DNA from: an uncultured Nannocystaceae bacterium
GTDB taxonomy: Bacteria > Myxococcota_A > Polyangia > Nannocystales > Nannocystaceae
Assembly: GCA_964519175.1 (NCBI GenBank)
Contig: CAZFKC010000020.1
Span: 31,963-95,962 of the forward strand
Length of the DNA: 64,000 nt
Reading direction: 5' to 3'
Shown: positions 17,246-27,132 of the stretch, one piece after another
How the letters are laid out: the number at the start of each line of letters is the position of its first letter
Numbering within the stretch: the stretch's first letter is position 1
Translations under genes and position numbers: made by a program
Notes under the pieces: generated by a model
The model's database searches: none
What the model saw: the letters and a program-made list of their open reading frames with translations, nothing else
What the model was told of the DNA's origin: nothing

Positions 17246-18955
17246 ATGGATCCGCCGCCGCTCGGCGACACCGGGCCCTGGTCACCCGAGCGTCTGCACG
17301 CGACGCCGCAGGAGCAGCAGGCCGAGACGCTGCCCGACGCGCGTGCGGCCGAGGAGCGCCGCCGCGACGCGGCCGATGCACCGCAACCGTCGCGCCCCGC
17401 GGGCCCCGACGATCGCGAGCTCATCGCCGATCGCGACCTCGCGCTCGAACGCCAGGAGCACGCCGCCGCGGTCTCGCGCATGCGACGGCTGATGCCGCTC
17501 GCGTGCGCGCTGTGGATGGGCTTCCTGTTCGTCGACTGGGTGCTCGCGACGTTCGTCGTGCCCACACCGCTCGTCGGCTATGTCGTGCTGCGGCTGCTCG
17601 GGCTCGTGCCGCTCGCGGGCTGCACGTGGTGGATCCGCCGTGATCCGATGCCGGGGCCGGTCGGGCTGCGCGTCGTCGACGGCATCATGACCGCGAGCTG
17701 TGCAGCGGTGCTCACCGACATGTGCCTGCTGTCCGGCGGGCTCACGAGCCCGTACGCGTCGTACATCGCGCTCGTGCTCGTCGGTCGCGCGGCCGCGCTG
17801 CCGAACCACTGGAAGGTCGGCGCGGTGCAGCTCGGCGTGCCGGTCGTCGTGTTCCCGCTCGTGCTCGCGCTCGCGGCCCCCTTCGCACCCGAGCTCCAGG
17901 CCCAGCTCTCCGACGGCCGCGCGGTGTCGGTCGCGTTCTTCTACTTCATGCTGCTCTGCGGCGCGTGGGGGTTGCTGGTGATCGGTGGGCACAACGTGTG
18001 GGCGCTGCGACGGCAGCTGTTCCGCTCGCGCAGCATCGGCCGCTATCGGCTCGAGAAGCGCATCGGTCGCGGCGGCATGGGCGAGGTGTGGGTCGCATTC
18101 CACGAGCAGCTCGAGCGCGACGTGGCGCTCAAGATCCTCCGCCCCGACTACGGCACCGATCCGATCGCGATCGCCCGCTTCGAGCGCGAGGTGATGACGA
18201 CGGCGGCGCTCATGCACCCGAACACGGTGCGCATCTACGAGCACGGCACCACCGACGACGGGCTCTGGTACTACGCGATGGAGCTGCTGGTCGGCGAGGA
18301 CATCTCGGCGATCGTGCGCCGCGAGGGCCCGATGCCGCCGGCGCGCGCGATCTATCTCGTGCAGCAAGCTGCGCGTGCACTCGCCGAAGCGCATGCGCGC
18401 GGCATCGTGCACCGCGACATCAAGCCCGAGAACCTGTTCGTCGCGACGCTCGGGGGTGAGCGCGACGTCGTGAAGGTGCTCGACTTCGGCATCGCGCGCT
18501 CGGCCGAGCTCCGCGACTCGCGGCTCACCACGACCGGCTGGGTCGCGGGCACGCCGGCGTACGTGTCGCCCGAGGCCGCGAAGGGCGAGCCGGCGGGCGA
18601 GCCGGCCGATGTGTACGGGCTCGGCATGGTGCTGTACTGGGCGGTGACCGGCACGGTGCCGTTCGGCGGCGACTCGCCGATGGAGGTGCTCGCGCGCCAC
18701 GTCAACGATCCGGTGCCATCGCCGTCGCGCCGGCGCGGCGAGCCGCTGCCGGAGGGGCTCGAGGCGCTGATCCTGCGCTGCCTCGCGAAGGACCCGAAGG
18801 CCCGCTACCGCGACGCGGCGCACCTCGCCGTCGCGCTCGAAGAGCTCGCGCGTGCATTGCCCTGGCGCACGATGCCGCGGGGGAGCTCGAGCGATCTGGT
18901 GGCGGTGGTTCCGCCCCTCGATCCACGGGGCGCGACACCGCGGGCGACGCGATGA
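17246..18955 (+). CDS. Ser/Thr protein kinase with an N-terminal six-helix membrane domain, 569 aa
   Basis: This is the C-terminal part of the read-through ORF 15326..18955. About six TM helices are followed by GRGGMGEVWVA, VALKIL, HRDIKPEN, DFG and GTPAYVSPE. The start is uncertain (ATG 17246 or ATG 17150). Confidence 0.85.
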   Translation: MDPPPLGDTGPWSPERLHATPQEQQAETLPDARAAEERRRDAADAPQPSRPAGPDDRELIADRDLALERQEHAAAVSRMRRLMPLACALWMGFLFVDWVLATFVVPTPLVGYVVLRLLGLVPLAGCTWWIRRDPMPGPVGLRVVDGIMTASCAAVLTDMCLLSGGLTSPYASYIALVLVGRAAALPNHWKVGAVQLGVPVVVFPLVLALAAPFAPELQAQLSDGRAVSVAFFYFMLLCGAWGLLVIGGHNVWALRRQLFRSRSIGRYRLEKRIGRGGMGEVWVAFHEQLERDVALKILRPDYGTDPIAIARFEREVMTTAALMHPNTVRIYEHGTTDDGLWYYAMELLVGEDISAIVRREGPMPPARAIYLVQQAARALAEAHARGIVHRDIKPENLFVATLGGERDVVKVLDFGIARSAELRDSRLTTTGWVAGTPAYVSPEAAKGEPAGEPADVYGLGMVLYWAVTGTVPFGGDSPMEVLARHVNDPVPSPSRRRGEPLPEGLEALILRCLAKDPKARYRDAAHLAVALEELARALPWRTMPRGSSSDLVAVVPPLDPRGATPRATR

Positions 18956-18983
18956 CGTAACGCTCCGCCGGGTTCGGGCACGA

Positions 18984-19277
18984 GTGGTCGTGCGCAAGCT
19001 CGTTCCCCTCGCTCCGCTGGTGCTCGGTCTTCTCGCCGCGTCGATCGCCGCGCGCGCCGACGGCCCCAAGCCCTGCACCGCCACGAAGTTCGCCGTGCCC
19101 GCCGTCGAAGCCGCCTGCAAGAGCGGCGGTCAGGCCGAGGCGAAGAAGCTGATGAAGCAGGCCGTCGACAAGGCCAAGGCCACCGGCGCCGCGGTCAACT
19201 GCAAGTCCTGCCACACCGATCTCGGGACGTTCGCGCTCTCGCCGAACGCGACGACGGACCTGAAGCAGTGGCTGTGA
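18984..19277 (+). CDS. small secreted protein with a single CXXCH motif (putative c-type cytochrome), 97 aa
   Basis: GTG start at 18984. Signal peptide VVVRKLVPLAPLVLGLLAASIAARA, a helical Lys/Ala-rich body, and CKSCH near the C-terminus. Confidence 0.5.
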   Translation: MVVRKLVPLAPLVLGLLAASIAARADGPKPCTATKFAVPAVEAACKSGGQAEAKKLMKQAVDKAKATGAAVNCKSCHTDLGTFALSPNATTDLKQWL

Positions 19278-20444
19278 TCAGACCGAGCAGAACGCTTCGT
19301 AGTCGATCAGCTCGATCTCTTCCGGCTTCTTGCTGCACACGCGGCAGTGCGGGTCCTTGCGCAGCTTGAGCGTGCGGAGCTTCGTGCCGAGCGCGTCGAG
19401 CACGAGCAGGCGACCCGAGAGGCTCTCGCCGATGCCGAGGATCAGCTTGATGGCCTCGTTCGCCTGCATCGTGCCGATGAGGCCGGGCAGCACGCCGAGC
19501 ACTCCGGCTTCCTGGCACGACGGCGCCATGCCGGGCGGCGGCGGATCGGGATACAGGCAGCGGTAGCAGGGCCCCGAGTCGGGCAGGAACGTGGTGAGCT
19601 GACCCTCGAAGCGGAAGATCGAGGCGTGGATGACCGGCTTCCTCAGCTTGAGCGCCGCGTCGTTCAGCAGGTACCGCGTGGGGAAGTTGTCCGCGCCGTC
19701 GATCACCAGATCGTAGCCGGCGAGGATCTTCATGATGTTCTCGCTGGTGAGCCGCTCCTGGTGCGCGATCACCTTCACGTCGGGGTTCAGCAGCTGCAGC
19801 GTCTTGCGGGCGCTCTCGACCTTCGGCATGCCGAGCCGCTCGACGTTGTGGAGGATCTGCCTCTGCAGGTTGCTCTCGTCGACCACGTCGTCGTCGACGA
19901 TGCCGATCGTGCCGACGCCCGCCGCCGCGACGTAGAGCGCCGACGGTGAGCCGAGCCCACCCGCGCCGAGGAAGAGCACCTTCGCGTCGAGCAGCTTGGC
20001 CTGCCCGGCCTCGCCGACCTCGGGCAGCATGATGTGCCGGCTGTAGCGCTTCACCTGCTCGGGCGAGAGCGACCGCGGTCGATCGAACGCGTAGCCGGAC
20101 TGCTTCCACGCCCGGAAGCCGCCCGCCATCGACGACACCTTCTGGTAGCCGAGCGACTGCAGCGCCTGTGCGGCGAGGGCCGAGCGCGTGCCGCCGGCGC
20201 AGTAGAGGATGACCTCGCGATCGCGCTCGGGCACCGCGTCCTCGATCTTCAGCTCGAGGAAGCCACGGGGGATCCACTGCGCGCGTGGGATGAAGCCCTG
20301 CTCGTACTCGTCGCGCTCGCGCACGTCGATGAGCACCGGCGCAGCGGCGGCGGGTGCATCCAGGGCCCGCGCCTTGGTCTCCTCGACGGAGATCTCGCGG
20401 ATCTTGGTCTTGACCTGGGAGAGCAGCTCTTGGAACGTCGGCAT
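19278..20444 (-). CDS. moeB: rhodanese-MoeB/ThiF fusion (adenylyltransferase/sulfurtransferase), 388 aa
   Basis: Start at ATG 20444 (MPTFQELL). N-terminal rhodanese domain with active-site loop YCAGGTRS, then YSRHIMLPEVG...FLGAGGLGSP...DNFPTRYLLND and the Zn motifs CYRC...CRVC. Confidence 0.9.
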   Translation of the reverse strand: MPTFQELLSQVKTKIREISVEETKARALDAPAAAAPVLIDVRERDEYEQGFIPRAQWIPRGFLELKIEDAVPERDREVILYCAGGTRSALAAQALQSLGYQKVSSMAGGFRAWKQSGYAFDRPRSLSPEQVKRYSRHIMLPEVGEAGQAKLLDAKVLFLGAGGLGSPSALYVAAAGVGTIGIVDDDVVDESNLQRQILHNVERLGMPKVESARKTLQLLNPDVKVIAHQERLTSENIMKILAGYDLVIDGADNFPTRYLLNDAALKLRKPVIHASIFRFEGQLTTFLPDSGPCYRCLYPDPPPPGMAPSCQEAGVLGVLPGLIGTMQANEAIKLILGIGESLSGRLLVLDALGTKLRTLKLRKDPHCRVCSKKPEEIELIDYEAFCSV

Positions 20445-20674
20445 CGACCTATTCTCCGGTGGGCGGCCGCACAATCATCGAGGGGGCCTGCCGCGCTGGA
20501 ACCTTGGACCAGCGCCGCCAGTGGGTCAAACGGCGGGCGCATTTCCCCCGTTCCGGTCGCGAAAAAGCGCCGAGGCGGCGCCCACGCGGGTGGCACGACC
20601 CGCCGGTGCCGTTCATATCCGGGTATATCGAGGCCCAGCCCTTGGCCCCACCTTCCGAGAGAGCAGTCCGCAGC

Positions 20675-21688
<1,014 letters not shown>

Positions 21689-21697
21689 GGACCGGCC

Positions 21698-22678
21698 GTG
21701 GCGGGAGTCGGCAGCGCGGCACTCGGCGACCTGGTCCCGGCCGAGCTCAGTGAGCTCCTGCGTACGCAGCAGCTGCTGCTGCGTCGCCCGGTGTGGGGAC
21801 GTCGACACGGACGCCACGCGTCGGCGCGGGCCGGCGTCGGGCTCGACTTCCGTGATCACCGCGCGTACGTGCCCGGCGACGATCCGCGTCAGCTCGACTG
21901 GCGCGCGGTCGCACGCCGCGACCGGCTGATCCTGCGCCAGACCGAGGCGGAGGACGAGCTGCCGGTCGTGCTCGTCGTCGATGTCGGCGCGAACATGGGC
22001 TACGGCGAAGGCCCGCGGAAGAAGCTCACCTACGCACGCGCGCTCGCCGGTGCGCTCGCGTGGGCGGCGATTCGCCAGGGCGACGCGGTGGGGCTCGTGC
22101 TCGCCGGCGACGACCAGCTCGACAGCACGCTGCTACGGCCCGGCTCCGGGCACGATCGGCTCGACGCGATCGCGCGCAAGCTGATGTCGGCACCCTGCCG
22201 TGGCCGCGCACCGATGCGCGAGCTGCTGGCCCGCGTCGCGCCGCGGCTGCGCCGACGCTCGCTGGTCGTGCTGCTCTCCGATCTGCTCGATCCGGCGGAG
22301 CAGGTCGACGATGCCGGCGAGATCGAGCACGAGCTCCTGCGCGGGCTCTCGCAGCTGCGCGCGCGGAACCACGACGTCGTCGTGCTGCAGATCCTGCACA
22401 GCGACGAGCTCGAGTTCCCGTGGAGCGACACGCGGCTCGTTCGCTTCGTCGACCGCCGGGGCCTGCGGGTGCCGGTCGAGGGCACCGGCGCGGGGCTCCG
22501 CCAGCGCTATCTCGCCCGCATCGGAGCGCACATGCGCTGGCTCGACGAGACCTGCGAGTCGCACGGCATCCTGCTCGAGCGCATCACCACCGAGCGCGCG
22601 CTCGGCCCCGCGTTCATGGGCCTGCTCGGCCGGCTCGCGGGTGCGAACGACGTCGCGTGGACGGCGGGCTCGCCATGA
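21698..22678 (+). CDS. DUF58 domain protein (MoxR partner), 326 aa
   Basis: The DUF58 signature DFRDHRAYVPGDDPRQLDWRAVARRDRL is present. GTG start 10 nt after the MoxR stop. Confidence 0.85.
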   Translation: MAGVGSAALGDLVPAELSELLRTQQLLLRRPVWGRRHGRHASARAGVGLDFRDHRAYVPGDDPRQLDWRAVARRDRLILRQTEAEDELPVVLVVDVGANMGYGEGPRKKLTYARALAGALAWAAIRQGDAVGLVLAGDDQLDSTLLRPGSGHDRLDAIARKLMSAPCRGRAPMRELLARVAPRLRRRSLVVLLSDLLDPAEQVDDAGEIEHELLRGLSQLRARNHDVVVLQILHSDELEFPWSDTRLVRFVDRRGLRVPVEGTGAGLRQRYLARIGAHMRWLDETCESHGILLERITTERALGPAFMGLLGRLAGANDVAWTAGSP

Positions 22679-24768
22679 GCCTGCTCGCGCCCGCGCTCCT
22701 GCTCGGCCTGCTCGGGCTCGCGATCCCGGTCGCCGCCCACCTGCTCGGCCGCGAGCCGCCTCGCACCATCGAGTTCGCCGCGCTGCGCTTCCTGGTCGTC
22801 GACGAGCCCGCCGTCACGCGCCGCCGCTCGCTGCAGGATCGCCTGCTCTTGATCGTGCGCCTGCTGTTGCTCGCGCTCGTCGTGCTCGTGCTCGCCCGCC
22901 CGGCGAGCTTCGATCGCACCGGGCTCGCGATCGTCGCCGAGCCCCACGACGCCGTCGTGCTCGTCGACGGATCCGCGAGCATGTCGCTGCGCGTCGCCGA
23001 CGAGACCGCGATCGAGATCGCGATCGCGCGCACCGACATGCTGCTCGGCTCGCTGCCCGGGGGCACGCGCGTCGGGCTCGCCACCAGCGATCCCGAAGGC
23101 CCGGTGCTGGAGCCCACCGCGGATCTCGACCGCGTGCGGGCGAGCCTGCGCGAGTGGATCGATCGCGGCGCACCACGGCCCGGCGCATGGACGATGGCCG
23201 ACGCGCTGCCGCGTGCGGCCGAGCTGCTGCGCGACACCGAGAGCGACCGCAAGCGCGTCGTCTATGCCGTCGGCGACGCGACCACGGGCGGGCTCGGCTC
23301 GCTGCCGCGCAGCGCCGGCGGCAACGTCGTCGTCGTGCCGATCCCGATCGCTGCCGCGGACGCAGCACCGCCGTCGCACGTCGGGATCGCGGAGGTCGAC
23401 TGGGAGCCCGCGCCCGAGCTCGACCCCCGCGCCGTCCGCATCCGCGCCGTCGTGCATCGCCAGGGCGGCGACGATGCCGTGCTGACCGTGCCCGTGACGC
23501 TCGCGATCGACGGTGTCGACGTCGCGCGCGGCGACGTGGACGTGCAGGCCGACGAGCGCGCGCCGATCGAGTTCACGCACACACTGCTCGGCGACGCCGA
23601 GTTCGCCGCGGCCACGATCGCGATCGACATCCCCGACGACCCGCTGCCCATCGACGATCGCCGGCACCTGTGGCTGTCGGCCGACGACGCGATCGCGGTG
23701 ACCGTGGTGAACGGCGACCCCAGCGAGCTGCGTGCACACGACGAGGTCTTCTTCCTCGCGACCGCGGTCTCCGTCACCGATCGCGAGCAACGCCTGCGCG
23801 TCACGAGCCTCGCGCCCGACCAGCTCGAGGGCCGCATCCGCGAGAAGGGCGACCGCGCGCTCGCGGACACGGACGTGCTGGTGCTCGCGAACGTGCGCGC
23901 GCCGTCGGAGGACGTCGCCCCTGCCCTGCTCGCCGCGATCGAGCGCGGCATGGGCGTGTGGATCACCGTCGGCGATCGCGTCGACCCCGAGGCCTACAAC
24001 GCGCGGCTCGGCGCTGCGCTCCCGCTGCGGCTGCGCGAGGTCGTGCAGGTCGGCACGGCCCCGGGTCGCACCGCGGCGCGAGTCGAGGGCTTCGCACCGC
24101 CCGACCTCGCGCACCCGATGTTCCGCGGGCTCGGCGGCGAGCTCGGGCTGTCGAGCTCGCGCGTGCGCAAGATCGTCCTGTGCGATCCGGATCCGGCGCG
24201 CAACGCCGCGATCGCAGTCGCGTACACGAGCGGCGCGCCCGCGCTGCTCACCCGCAGCCACAAGGCCGGCCGCGTCGCGCTGCTCACCACCAGCGTCGAC
24301 CGCGACTGGTCGGACTTGCCGCTGCGCCCGGGCTTCGTGCCGCTCGCCGCTGCGGTGCTGAGCTGGCTCGGCGATGCGGGCTCGGGCGCACGCGCGTCGC
24401 GGATCTTCGTCGGCGAGCCCCGGCCGCTGCGGGGCGACAGCGCGATGGTGATCGTGACGCCCGACGGCCGCGAGCTCACCGCAGCGGTGGGCGACGAGGG
24501 TGCGGCCGTCTTCCGCGAGACGTTCACGCCCGGGCACTACACGGTGAAGGACGGCGAGCAGATCTCGACGTTCGTCGTCGAGGTGGATCCGCGCGAGAGC
24601 GACACGCACTGGCAGGAGATCGCGACCGAGGAGCCGGACGGCACCAGCGGTCGCGTGGCGGTCGCGGTGCCGCGCTGGCGCACGCTCGTGCTGCTCATCG
24701 CGCTGCTCGTCGCCGCCGAGTCGCTGCTCCGCCGTGCGCGGCGGCAGGACGCCGCGCGCGAGGAGTGA
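22675..24768 (+). CDS. BatA-like protein with an N-terminal double-TM aerotolerance domain and a VWA-like region, 697 aa
   Basis: The ATG at 22675 overlaps the DUF58 stop codon (ATGA). MSLLAPALLLGLLGLAIPVAAHLLGREPPRTIEFAALRFL is the BatA_N signature. A C-terminal TM helix is followed by RRARR. Confidence 0.8.
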   Translation: MSLLAPALLLGLLGLAIPVAAHLLGREPPRTIEFAALRFLVVDEPAVTRRRSLQDRLLLIVRLLLLALVVLVLARPASFDRTGLAIVAEPHDAVVLVDGSASMSLRVADETAIEIAIARTDMLLGSLPGGTRVGLATSDPEGPVLEPTADLDRVRASLREWIDRGAPRPGAWTMADALPRAAELLRDTESDRKRVVYAVGDATTGGLGSLPRSAGGNVVVVPIPIAAADAAPPSHVGIAEVDWEPAPELDPRAVRIRAVVHRQGGDDAVLTVPVTLAIDGVDVARGDVDVQADERAPIEFTHTLLGDAEFAAATIAIDIPDDPLPIDDRRHLWLSADDAIAVTVVNGDPSELRAHDEVFFLATAVSVTDREQRLRVTSLAPDQLEGRIREKGDRALADTDVLVLANVRAPSEDVAPALLAAIERGMGVWITVGDRVDPEAYNARLGAALPLRLREVVQVGTAPGRTAARVEGFAPPDLAHPMFRGLGGELGLSSSRVRKIVLCDPDPARNAAIAVAYTSGAPALLTRSHKAGRVALLTTSVDRDWSDLPLRPGFVPLAAAVLSWLGDAGSGARASRIFVGEPRPLRGDSAMVIVTPDGRELTAAVGDEGAAVFRETFTPGHYTVKDGEQISTFVVEVDPRESDTHWQEIATEEPDGTSGRVAVAVPRWRTLVLLIALLVAAESLLRRARRQDAAREE

Positions 24769-24837
24769 CGGCGCGAGAAAAGGGCGGTGCAGCGTTGGCC
24801 GCACCGCCCTCGTCGGAGCGTCACTCGTGTCTGCGCG

Positions 24838-25389
24838 TCAGCCGGTGCTGTCGGGATCCGGCGTGCCCGAGCTGCTGCTGCTGCTGTCGGCGCCCGTGTC
24901 CGTCGTGGGATCGGTGCCCTCGGAGCTGCTCTCGGCCGGCTCGGTCGTGTTCGGCTCGCCGGTGGTGAGCTCGTCCGTGTTCACGCAGGTGTTGGAGAGG
25001 CAGGTGAGCCCGATGTCGCAGCCGTGGCCCTCGGTGCACGGACAGCTCTCGGTGCCGAGCGGACACTGCGGTCCGGGATCGACGCAGAAGTCGGACAGAC
25101 ACACGAGCCCGGGATCGCAGGCGCCCATCGGCGTGCAGACGCAGGTCTCGGTGCCGACCGGACACGCGTCGCTGATGCAGATGTTGAGGTTCGTGTTGCA
25201 GAGGAAGCCGGGGTTGCACGAGCCACCGCTCGTGCACTCGCACCCCTCCGAGCCGACGCCGCCGTGACAGCCAGTGCCGCCATCGGTGGTCTCGTACGAA
25301 TCCTCGTAGCGCTCACCGTCGGTCGTGATGAAGCAGCCCGCGGCCAGTGGCGCGAGGGCGCAGGCGAACAGCAGACGAAGTGGACGCAT
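24838..25389 (-). CDS. Cys-rich repeat lipoprotein, 183 aa
   Basis: Lipobox LAAGC. Three modules of about 28 aa of the form C.C...G.C.PG(L/F).C.....C. Ser/Thr/Asp-rich tail. Confidence 0.65.
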   Translation of the reverse strand: MRPLRLLFACALAPLAAGCFITTDGERYEDSYETTDGGTGCHGGVGSEGCECTSGGSCNPGFLCNTNLNICISDACPVGTETCVCTPMGACDPGLVCLSDFCVDPGPQCPLGTESCPCTEGHGCDIGLTCLSNTCVNTDELTTGEPNTTEPAESSSEGTDPTTDTGADSSSSSSGTPDPDSTG

Positions 25390-25764
25390 GCAATCAGCCT
25401 AGAGGGACACTGGCACGTCCACAAGTCGGTTGTGATCGATTCTCCCCCAGCGGCCGCACCGCACATGATCTGCGCCACGCTCGGGCGAGCGGTCGCCCTG
25501 CCGACATCCGGCGGTCGTCATGCGTCGAAGCTCGGCCGTCGACTGTCCTGCGCGGCGTTCTGACGTGGGCGGACGCGGGTTCGCTGCCGTGGCTGTCCCG
25601 CTCGCGTTCGACCGTCACCCACCGCGGTCGCGCCGCGCGACGCCGGGTCGCACCGCGGGTCACGGGATGGCCGAGCCGCGGCGCCTCGTCGGGCGCCGGT
25701 CCCGCGGCGCGCGTCGGGTCGGAGCGACACAACGCGACCATGGCAGCCGCGTCACGAGCATCGC

Positions 25765-26259
25765 TCACGTCGCGCGCGATCGCTCCAGCACCACGAAGCG
25801 GAACGCGGTGCCGTCGTCGGTCACGTGCGACTCGCGGCTGCGCTCGTGCCAACGCGAAAGGTCGAGCGCGGGGAAGAACGTGTCGCCCTCGGGCGCGGCG
25901 TCCACCTCGGTCAGATAGATGCGGTCGGCACCGGGTAGGGCTTCGCGGTACAGCTCGCCGCCGCCGATGACGAAGAGCTCCGTCTCGTCGGCGCGACGGG
26001 CGATCGCGATCGCGTCGTCGAGCGATCGCACGATCGTCGCACCCGGGGTCACGAGCGCCGCATCGCGCGAGAGCACGAGGTTGGTGCGACCGGGCAGCGC
26101 GCGGCCGAGCGAGTCCCACGTGCGCCGGCCCATCACGATGTGGTGGCCCATCGTGCGCGCCTTGAACCACTTCATGTCCGCGGGGATCCGCCAGGGCAGC
26201 GCGCCGCCGGCTCCGATCACGCCGTTGGTCGCGACGGCGACGATGAGCGCGATCTCCAT
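25765..26259 (-). CDS. folA: dihydrofolate reductase, 164 aa core (start ambiguous, up to 26319)
   Basis: MEIALIVAVATNGVIGAGGALPWRIPADMKWFKARTMGHHIVMGRRTWDSL...FVIGGGELY. Four upstream in-frame start candidates lie in or before a 12-nt repeat. Confidence 0.9.
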   Translation of the reverse strand: MEIALIVAVATNGVIGAGGALPWRIPADMKWFKARTMGHHIVMGRRTWDSLGRALPGRTNLVLSRDAALVTPGATIVRSLDDAIAIARRADETELFVIGGGELYREALPGADRIYLTEVDAAPEGDTFFPALDLSRWHERSRESHVTDDGTAFRFVVLERSRAT

Positions 26260-26304
26260 GGTGGTCGGCATGGCGGTCGGCATGGCGGTCGGCATGGCGG
26301 TCGG
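26257..26304. repeat. 12-nt tandem repeat (CATGGCGGTCGG) x4 at the thyA-folA junction
   Basis: Copies at 26257-68 (1 mismatch), 26269-80, 26281-92 and 26293-304. On the minus strand the array as a whole (with the variant copy) reads MPTA-MPTA-MPTT-M, in frame with folA. Confidence 0.9.
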
Positions 26305-26315
26305 CTCCGCGGGCG

Positions 26316-27110
26316 TCACACGGCGACCGGCGCTCGAATCGCAGGGTGCGGGTCGTAGCCGGAGATCTCGAAGTCCTCGTAGCGGAAGTCGAAGATGCTC
26401 TGCGGTCGTCGCAGCAACGTGAGCGTCGGCGCAGCCCGCGGCTCGCGCTCGAGCTGCAACCGCACCTGCTCGAGGTGGTTCTTGTAGATGTGCGCGTCGC
26501 CGAGCGTGTGCACGAGCTCGCCCGGCTGCAGCTCCGTCACCTTCGCCAGCATCGCGGTGAGCAGCGCGTACGAGGCGATGTTGAACGGCACGCCGAGGAA
26601 GAGGTCGGCGCTGCGCTGGTAGAGCTGGCACGAGAGCCGCCCGTCGGCGACGTAGAACTGGAACAGGCAGTGGCACGGCGCCAGCGCCATCTCGTCGAGC
26701 TCGGCGACGTTCCACGCCGAGACCACCATGCGCCGCGAGTCGGGGTTTCGCTGGAGCGTCTCGACGATCCCGGCGATCTGGTCGATGCTGCCGCTGCCCT
26801 TGCCGGGCCACGAGCGCCACTGGTGGCCGTACACCGGCCCGAGCTCGCCGTTCGCATCGGCCCACTCGTCCCAGATCGTGACGCCGTGCTCGCGCAGGAA
26901 CGCGACGTTGGTGTCGCCGCGCAGGAACCACAGCAGCTCGACGATGATCGAGCGCAGGTGGACCTTCTTCGTCGTGACGAGCGGGAAGCCCTGCGCGAGA
27001 TCGAAGCGGAGCTGGCGCCCGAACACCGAGAGCGTGCCGGTGCCCGTGCGATCCGTCTTCTCGGTGCCGTGCTCGAGGACGTCGCGCAGGAGCTCGAGGT
27101 AGTTGCGCAC
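26316..27110 (-). CDS. thyA: thymidylate synthase, 264 aa
   Basis: Near-canonical ThyA: [26 protein letters not shown]..., [16 protein letters not shown], active-site [10 protein letters not shown] and DAHIYKNH. Confidence 0.97.
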   Translation of the reverse strand: MRNYLELLRDVLEHGTEKTDRTGTGTLSVFGRQLRFDLAQGFPLVTTKKVHLRSIIVELLWFLRGDTNVAFLREHGVTIWDEWADANGELGPVYGHQWRSWPGKGSGSIDQIAGIVETLQRNPDSRRMVVSAWNVAELDEMALAPCHCLFQFYVADGRLSCQLYQRSADLFLGVPFNIASYALLTAMLAKVTELQPGELVHTLGDAHIYKNHLEQVRLQLEREPRAAPTLTLLRRPQSIFDFRYEDFEISGYDPHPAIRAPVAV

Positions 27111-27132
27111 CGCGCGAGGGTAGCAGACGGGC

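Noticed and set aside
20445-20674. A Moco riboswitch in the 230 bp moeB leader.
   Set aside because: I could not recognise the conserved Moco motif core by eye. The region has only generic GC hairpins. It needs an Infernal scan, so it is noted under the MoeB finding rather than called.
25411-25426. TGGCACG strings that resemble the sigma-54 -24 element, here and at 20591-20606.
   Set aside because: The -12 TTGC element is missing at the required spacing in both cases. The first is also on the wrong strand for the adjacent gene.
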